A stretch of 55,802 nucleotides of DNA from assembly GCA_964456185.1 (NCBI GenBank), contig CAYVZZ010000002.1:1-55802 (forward strand). Reading direction: 5' to 3'. Shown here in pieces: positions 50,003 through 55,802 of the stretch. The translations under genes and the position numbers were made by a program. This DNA is from an uncultured Alcanivoracaceae bacterium. GTDB lineage: Bacteria > Pseudomonadota > Gammaproteobacteria > Pseudomonadales > Alcanivoracaceae. Below the pieces are notes generated by a model that saw only the letters and a program-made list of their open reading frames with translations, was not told the origin of the DNA and searched no databases. Every line of letters begins with the position of its first letter. The stretch's first letter is position 1.

Positions 50003-51102
50003 CAGATCAGCACCTTTTTAAGCGCTGCCAGAAGACGCTCGTTTTGTTCGGCCAAACCGACCGTGACGCGCAAATGATTAGGAAGGCCATAACCGCCGAT
50101 TGGACGCACGATGACGCCTTCTCGAAGCAGTGCCTGGTAAACAGGCGCCGCCTCACGGCCACAATCGACAGCAATAAAATTAGCCACCGACGGCACATAA
50201 TCGAGCCCCAGTTTGTCGAAGCCTTCGGCTAGCTGCACTAATCCAGCGGTATTCAAGCTTTTGCTGTCTTCAATATGGTCGTCGTCATCTAACGCCGCTT
50301 CGGCCGCAGCCAGCGCCACACTATTACAGTTAAATGGTGGGCGAATACGATTCAGCACGTCGGCCAGACTGGCATCTGACAAAGCATACCCCACCCGCAA
50401 ACCAGCTAATCCGTGAATTTTAGAGAAGGTCCGCAACACGATGACGTTAGGGTGACGGCGCACCACCACTTGTCCGTTGGGGTAGTTTTGCTCTTCGACA
50501 TATTCAAAATAAGCTTCATCCAACACCACGATGACATCGTCTGGTACGCGCTCAAGAAACTTCTCCAGCACGATCTCATGAAACCAAGTACCGGTCGGGT
50601 TGTTGGGGTTGGCCAAGAACACCAAGCGAGTTTTGTCGGTAATGGCATCGGCCATGGCCGGTAGATCATGCCCAAAACCATGCGCGGGCACTTCCACCGG
50701 CGTGGCAGAACAAGCTTTAGTAATCAGCGGGTAAATGGCAAACGCATGTTGACTGTAAACGGCTTCATCGCCCGGCTGCAGGAAAGCATGGGCAATCAGC
50801 TCAAGCAGGTCGTTAGAACCATTACCCAACGTCAGCGTGTCGGTTGGCGTATCCAGCTTTTCCGACAGTGCTTTCTTTAGCCGAAAACCAGAGCCATCGG
50901 GATAAAGGTGGATATGATCAACCACATGGCGGGCAGCTTCTAATGCCAAGTGTCCCGCGCCCAACGGATTTTCATTGCTGGCCAGCTTAATGATATTGGT
51001 AATGCCCAGCTCGCGTTGCAGCTCGTCGATGGGCTTGCCTGGCTGATAAGGTGCTAGCTGGTCGATACCGGGCTTCGCTAAATCAAGAAAATCGCAAGTC
51101 AT
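50002..51102 (-). CDS. hisC: Histidinol-phosphate/aromatic aminotransferase
   Basis: 366 aa class II aminotransferase; LASNENPLG, TFSKIHGLAGLRVGY. Confidence 0.9.
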   Translation of the reverse strand: MTCDFLDLAKPGIDQLAPYQPGKPIDELQRELGITNIIKLASNENPLGAGHLALEAARHVVDHIHLYPDGSGFRLKKALSEKLDTPTDTLTLGNGSNDLLELIAHAFLQPGDEAVYSQHAFAIYPLITKACSATPVEVPAHGFGHDLPAMADAITDKTRLVFLANPNNPTGTWFHEIVLEKFLERVPDDVIVVLDEAYFEYVEEQNYPNGQVVVRRHPNVIVLRTFSKIHGLAGLRVGYALSDASLADVLNRIRPPFNCNSVALAAAEAALDDDDHIEDSKSLNTAGLVQLAEGFDKLGLDYVPSVANFIAVDCGREAAPVYQALLREGVIVRPIGGYGLPNHLRVTVGLAEQNERLLAALKKVLI

Positions 51103-51160
51103 GATGACAACCTTGTCGTGGTGGCTTTATCTGCCGGTGGATTACATGGTCATTGCATGG

Positions 51161-52279
51161 TTAAAGTACTGCTTTGGGATAGGAACCAAGCAAACGGATG
51201 TCCAAATCATTATCTTGCAGGCTCTTCAGTACTGGTTCCACCGCCGCATCGGCTTTATGGCCTTCAAAATCAATAAAGAACACATAACTCCACTTGCTGG
51301 TGTGCGACGGACGCGACTCCAAACGGGTCAAGCTGATGCCGTTTTGCTGGAAAGGCGCCAATACTTTATATAACAGTCCTGGGCGATTTTTACCGCTCAC
51401 CAAGAGGCTGGTTTTGTCGTCTCCCGAAGGCGGCACATCATCACGACCGATGACGATAAAACGCGTGGTGTTATCCGGTTGGTCTTCAATCTTTTGGTGG
51501 ATGGCTTCCAGCCCGTACAGCTCGGCGGCCATTTCGCCGGCAATGGCGGCGGCATTCCATTCGTCTTTCAAACGGCGCGCCGCCGCCGAATTGGAACTGA
51601 CCGCCACACGTTCCACATCGGGCATGTGGGCATCAAGCCATTTACGACACTGCGCCAGCGTTTGCTGATGGGAATACACACGGGTAATGCGGTCGCGACG
51701 GGTGTGCTCGCCCACCAGCAAATGATGATGAATGCGCAGCTCGACTTCGCCGCAAATTTTCAGATTGGACTCGGTGAAAGAATCCAGCGTGTGGGTGACC
51801 ACGCCTTCGGTGGAGTTTTCCACCGGCACGATGCCATAGTTCACTGCGCCAGACTCTACTTCACGGAACACCTGGTCGATAGCGCCCATGGGGCGCACCA
51901 CGGCCGCATGGCCAAAATGCTTTAATACGGCCTGATGGGTGAAGGTGCCTTCCGGGCCAAGAAAAGCCACTTGCGTCGGCTGCTCCAGCGCCAAACAGGC
52001 CGACATGATTTCACGGAAGATACGCGCCACTGTTTCGGCGTCCAGGTGGCCTTTGTTGCGCTCTTTAATGGCGCGCAGCACTTGGGCTTCGCGCTCGGGG
52101 CGATAAAACACCGGCTGATCACTTTCAGCACGCTTATGCTGGCCGACAAAATGCACTAAATCGGCACGCTTTTCTAATAGTTGCTGAATCTCCCGGTCGA
52201 CCTGATCGATGCCACCGCGCAATTGCTCCAGTGACCAGTCGGAGGCCGGCTGCTGTTCATCACCCATAGGTTCGTTCAA
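51161..52279 (-). CDS. pheA: Bifunctional chorismate mutase / prephenate dehydratase
   Basis: CM domain (LRGGIDQVDREIQQLL), PDT domain (VAFLGPEGTFTHQA) and ACT domain (TRLESRP). Confidence 0.92.
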   Translation of the reverse strand: MNEPMGDEQQPASDWSLEQLRGGIDQVDREIQQLLEKRADLVHFVGQHKRAESDQPVFYRPEREAQVLRAIKERNKGHLDAETVARIFREIMSACLALEQPTQVAFLGPEGTFTHQAVLKHFGHAAVVRPMGAIDQVFREVESGAVNYGIVPVENSTEGVVTHTLDSFTESNLKICGEVELRIHHHLLVGEHTRRDRITRVYSHQQTLAQCRKWLDAHMPDVERVAVSSNSAAARRLKDEWNAAAIAGEMAAELYGLEAIHQKIEDQPDNTTRFIVIGRDDVPPSGDDKTSLLVSGKNRPGLLYKVLAPFQQNGISLTRLESRPSHTSKWSYVFFIDFEGHKADAAVEPVLKSLQDNDLDIRLLGSYPKAVL

Positions 52280-53342
52280 ACTCCTTCATGAAATCGATCA
52301 AGGCATCGACGGCGGCTTCCGGTACGGCGTTGTACAGACTAGCACGCATACCGCCTACGCTACGGTGGCCTTTCAAGTTAAGCAAACCGGCTTCTTCGGC
52401 CTCACTGACAAAAGTGCCATCCAGCGCGTTATCGGCCAAGAAGAAAGGTACGTTCATCTGGCTGCGATAAGCAGCTTGAATGTGGTTGGAATAAAAGTCG
52501 CTGCTGTCGATAAAACCATAAAGCTTGCTGGCTTTGCGGGCGTTAATCTCGCCAATGGCTTTAACACCACCTTGCTGCTTTAACCACTTAAACACCAAGC
52601 CCGCCAAATACCAGGAATAGGTCGGCGGGGTGTTGTACATGGAGTCTTTATCGTCCTGCACCTTGTAGTTCAACATGACCGGCGTGTTAGCCGAGGCGTT
52701 ACCTAGCAAATCACGGCGCACGATAACCACGACAATACCGGCGGGGCCGATGTTCTTTTGCGCGCCCGCGTAGATCATGCCAAAGCGCGACACATCCAGC
52801 GGTTGCGACAAGATATTCGACGAATAATCCGCCACGAGTGGCGCGTCTGTTTCTGGAATGCCCGGAAATTGCACGCCATCGACCGTTTCATTAGCGCAAT
52901 AATGCACGTAAGCGGCGCCATCAGTGAGCTGCCAGCTTGATTGGTCGGGGACGGTGGTAAATTTGCCATTATCCTCGCTTGATGCCGCCACATTAATGTG
53001 ACCAAAGCGGCTGGCTTCTTCAACGGCCTTCTGCGACCAACGACCCGTTACGATGTAATCGGCGGCCTTGCCTTCCGGCAGCAAATTAAGCGGCACGGTA
53101 GCAAACTGCGTGGATGCCCCACCCTGCATAAACAGCACGGCGTAATCGTCGCCAATGTTGAGCAAATCGCGCAGATCTTGCTCGGCGGTTTTGGCAATCT
53201 CACCATACACCGGCGAACGGTGGCTCATTTCCATGACCGAGGCGCCATAGCCTTGATAATCCAGCATTTCTTCCTTGGCTTGCTGCAAAACGGCTTCCGG
53301 CAAAGCGGCCGGACCGGCACAAAAGTTAAAGGCTCGCGCCAT
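52260..53342 (-). CDS. serC: Phosphoserine aminotransferase
   Basis: MARAFNFCAGPAALP matches the E. coli SerC N-terminus. GGAGAA lies 8 nt before ATG 53342. Confidence 0.93.
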   Translation of the reverse strand: MARAFNFCAGPAALPEAVLQQAKEEMLDYQGYGASVMEMSHRSPVYGEIAKTAEQDLRDLLNIGDDYAVLFMQGGASTQFATVPLNLLPEGKAADYIVTGRWSQKAVEEASRFGHINVAASSEDNGKFTTVPDQSSWQLTDGAAYVHYCANETVDGVQFPGIPETDAPLVADYSSNILSQPLDVSRFGMIYAGAQKNIGPAGIVVVIVRRDLLGNASANTPVMLNYKVQDDKDSMYNTPPTYSWYLAGLVFKWLKQQGGVKAIGEINARKASKLYGFIDSSDFYSNHIQAAYRSQMNVPFFLADNALDGTFVSEAEEAGLLNLKGHRSVGGMRASLYNAVPEAAVDALIDFMKEFERTYG

Positions 53343-53380
53343 GTTCATTTTCTCCAATCATCAATCGGGCAGTTGCCCAC

Positions 53381-55802
53381 TTACTCATCGGCGTTGTCTT
53401 GATCAACATTTTGCTCAACATTTTTCTCAACAACGTCACCTTCAAAGTCTTCTTCGTCGTCATCGATATCGGCGACACGTGCCAACCCAACCAGCTTCTC
53501 GCCTTTACCCAGACGAATCAGGCGCACGCCCTGGGTGCTACGACTCAGGTGGCTAATTTCATCCACGCGGGTGCGCACCAAGGTGCCCTGGTTGGAAATC
53601 AGCATCAGGTCACCACCACCAAACACTTGAGTGGCGCCAATCAAATCACCATTGCGCTCGTTAACGACCATGCCGATTACGCCCTGAACACCGCGACCTT
53701 TGGTAGCAAACTCACTCACATCGGTACGTTTACCGTAACCATGCACAGAGGCCGTGAGCAGCTGACCTTCCTCTTCAGGAACAATCAGCGCGATCACTTT
53801 GGCACCATCTTTCAGCTTCATGCCGCGCACACCGCGGGCAGTACGTCCCATGGAGCGCACCTGGTCTTGGTGGAAACGCGCCACTTTACCGTTGCTGGCC
53901 ACCAGCATGATGTCTTCATGGCCTTGCGTCACCGCCACATTTACCAGGGCTTCATCGTCTTGCGTGCGAATGGCAATCAAGCCGGTCTTGCGTGGCCGCG
54001 CGAAATGCTCCATGGCAACCCGCTTCACCACACCGCTAGACAGCGCAAAGAAAATATAAGGGCCGGCGGCTGTGTCTTCCGTGGAATCGTCCGCTTCGTC
54101 CAACGCCACCTCATCGTCCGTATCGTCATCGTCTTCATTATCGGCCGCGCGCGAACGCACAAACTCGGCGTCCAGCTTGAGAATGGCGGTAATACGTTCG
54201 TCTTTTTCCAGCGCCGGGATGAGATTAACAATCGGCTTACCGCGCGAGGCGCGACTGCCTTGCGGCAACTCGAATACGCGCAACCAATACACCTTACCGA
54301 TGCTACTAAAGCACAGCAGGGTATCGTGCGTGCCTGCCACTAGCAGGTGGTCGACATAATCTTCATCTTTCATCTTGGTGGCGGCTTTACCGCGGCCACC
54401 GCGACGCTGGGCACGGTAATCGGCCAGCGGCTGAATCTTGGCGTAGCCGCCGTGGGAGAAGGTCGCCACCACCTGCTCGTTGGGAATCAAATCTTCAACG
54501 GTGAAATCTTCTTTCGAGGTGAGAATTTCGGTGCGACGCTCGTCGCCATAATCGTTGCGCACATTGCGCAGCTCTTCACGAATCACTTCCAGCAGCTTCT
54601 CGCTGTCGGCCAAAATCGCCATCAGCTCGCGGATTCTCTCCAGCAGCTCCTGGTAATTTTGCACCAACTTGTCTTGCTCAAGGCCGGTCAGCTTTTGCAA
54701 CTTCATGTCGAGAATGGCTTGCGCCTGAGCCGGACTCAGGTGGTATTCGCCATCGTGCATGCCATATTGTTCTTCCAGCCCGTCCGGACGGCAGGCATCG
54801 TCGCCACCGGCACGTTCCAGCATGGCAGTCACCTGCCCTGGCGGCCACCCTTTGGCCACCAAGCGAACGCGTGCCTCGGCACCACTGGGTGATTCTTTAA
54901 TGAGCTGAATCACTTCATCGATATTGGCCAGGGCTACGGCCAGACCTTCCAAAATATGCCCTTTTTCACGCGCTTTACGCAGCTCGTAAACCGTGCGACG
55001 CGTCACCACTTCGCGGCGATGACGAATAAAAGCTTCCAGCAATTGCTTCAGGTTCAAAGTGCGCGGCTGGCCATCGACCAAGGCCACCACATTAATACCA
55101 AATACATTCTGCATTTGGGTTTGCGCGTATAGGTTATTGAGCACCACCTCGGCGTTTTCGCCACGGCGCAGTTCAATAACAATGCGCATGCCGTCCTTGT
55201 CCGACTCGTCACGCAGCTCGGTAATGCCTTCGATGCGCTTTTCACGCACCAGCGCCGCAATCTTCTCAATCAGCTTGGCTTTATTAACCTGATAGGGAAT
55301 CTCGTTGACGATAATGGCCTGCTTGCCATTTTTCGGATTTGTTTCGATATCGGCGCGAGCACGCAAATAAATACGCCCGCGACCGGTACGGTAGGCCTGC
55401 ACAATGCCCGCCCGGCCATTAATAATGCCGGCAGTGGGGAAATCCGGCCCTTTGATGTAATCCATCAACTGGTCGATGGTTAAATCCGGCTCGTTAATCA
55501 ACGCCAAACAGCCATCAATCACCTCGTTGAGATTATGCGGCGGAATGTTGGTCGCCATGCCCACGGCAATACCCGAGGAACCATTTACCAACAAATTCGG
55601 CAGACGTGTCGGCAACACAGAAGGAATGCGCTCGGTGCCGTCGTAGTTATCAACAAAATCGACGGTTTCTTTATCCAGGTCGGCTAGCAAATCATGGCTA
55701 ATTTTCGCCATACGCACTTCGGTATAACGCATGGCCGCTGGCGAATCACCATCGACCGAACCAAAGTTACCCTGCCCGTCGACCAGCATGTAGCGCAGCG
55801 AA
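53381..55802 (-). CDS. gyrA: DNA gyrase subunit A; partial, N-terminal ~100 aa incl. QRDR lie beyond the right edge
   Basis: Reading frame open to the edge: ...[28 protein letters not shown], which matches the E. coli GyrA region after the QRDR. Followed by the C-terminal beta-pinwheel and an acidic tail. Confidence 0.95.
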   Translation of the reverse strand, partial: SLRYMLVDGQGNFGSVDGDSPAAMRYTEVRMAKISHDLLADLDKETVDFVDNYDGTERIPSVLPTRLPNLLVNGSSGIAVGMATNIPPHNLNEVIDGCLALINEPDLTIDQLMDYIKGPDFPTAGIINGRAGIVQAYRTGRGRIYLRARADIETNPKNGKQAIIVNEIPYQVNKAKLIEKIAALVREKRIEGITELRDESDKDGMRIVIELRRGENAEVVLNNLYAQTQMQNVFGINVVALVDGQPRTLNLKQLLEAFIRHRREVVTRRTVYELRKAREKGHILEGLAVALANIDEVIQLIKESPSGAEARVRLVAKGWPPGQVTAMLERAGGDDACRPDGLEEQYGMHDGEYHLSPAQAQAILDMKLQKLTGLEQDKLVQNYQELLERIRELMAILADSEKLLEVIREELRNVRNDYGDERRTEILTSKEDFTVEDLIPNEQVVATFSHGGYAKIQPLADYRAQRRGGRGKAATKMKDEDYVDHLLVAGTHDTLLCFSSIGKVYWLRVFELPQGSRASRGKPIVNLIPALEKDERITAILKLDAEFVRSRAADNEDDDDTDDEVALDEADDSTEDTAAGPYIFFALSSGVVKRVAMEHFARPRKTGLIAIRTQDDEALVNVAVTQGHEDIMLVASNGKVARFHQDQVRSMGRTARGVRGMKLKDGAKVIALIVPEEEGQLLTASVHGYGKRTDVSEFATKGRGVQGVIGMVVNERNGDLIGATQVFGGGDLMLISNQGTLVRTRVDEISHLSRSTQGVRLIRLGKGEKLVGLARVADIDDDEEDFEGDVVEKNVEQNVDQDNADE

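Noticed and set aside
53399-54343. 314-aa plus-strand ORF
   Set aside because: It is antisense to gyrA.

Overview
Chromosomal segment of a gammaproteobacterium. About 47 kb is housekeeping DNA in a Pseudomonas/Oceanospirillales-like order: recC-recB...recD, rlmL, rmf, pyrD, pilZ-holB-tmk-mltG, fabF-acpP-fabG-fabD-plsX-rpmF-yceD-maf, S49 peptidase, rluC, rne, a degP-like protease, pyrF, lapB-lapA, ihfB, rpsA, cmk, tyrA/aroA, hisC, pheA, serC and gyrA (partial). The accessory part is the left ~8 kb. It holds the end of a type II-C-like CRISPR-Cas module: partial cas1 and a compact 1096-aa cas9 with intact RuvC and HNH motifs. cas2 and the array must lie beyond the left edge. A structured 280-bp region upstream of cas9 is the likeliest tracrRNA locus. 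Next comes a small toxin/defence islet: Phd-ParE, a frameshifted and internally shortened Fic gene, an orphan HEPN-like (Rx4H) protein, and an HTH-PIN pair collinear with the HEPN gene. A DUF3293 gene follows, then recBCD. I saw no CRISPR array, tRNA, rRNA, transposase or integrase in the window. All calls rest on motif recognition by eye. No database search was possible.
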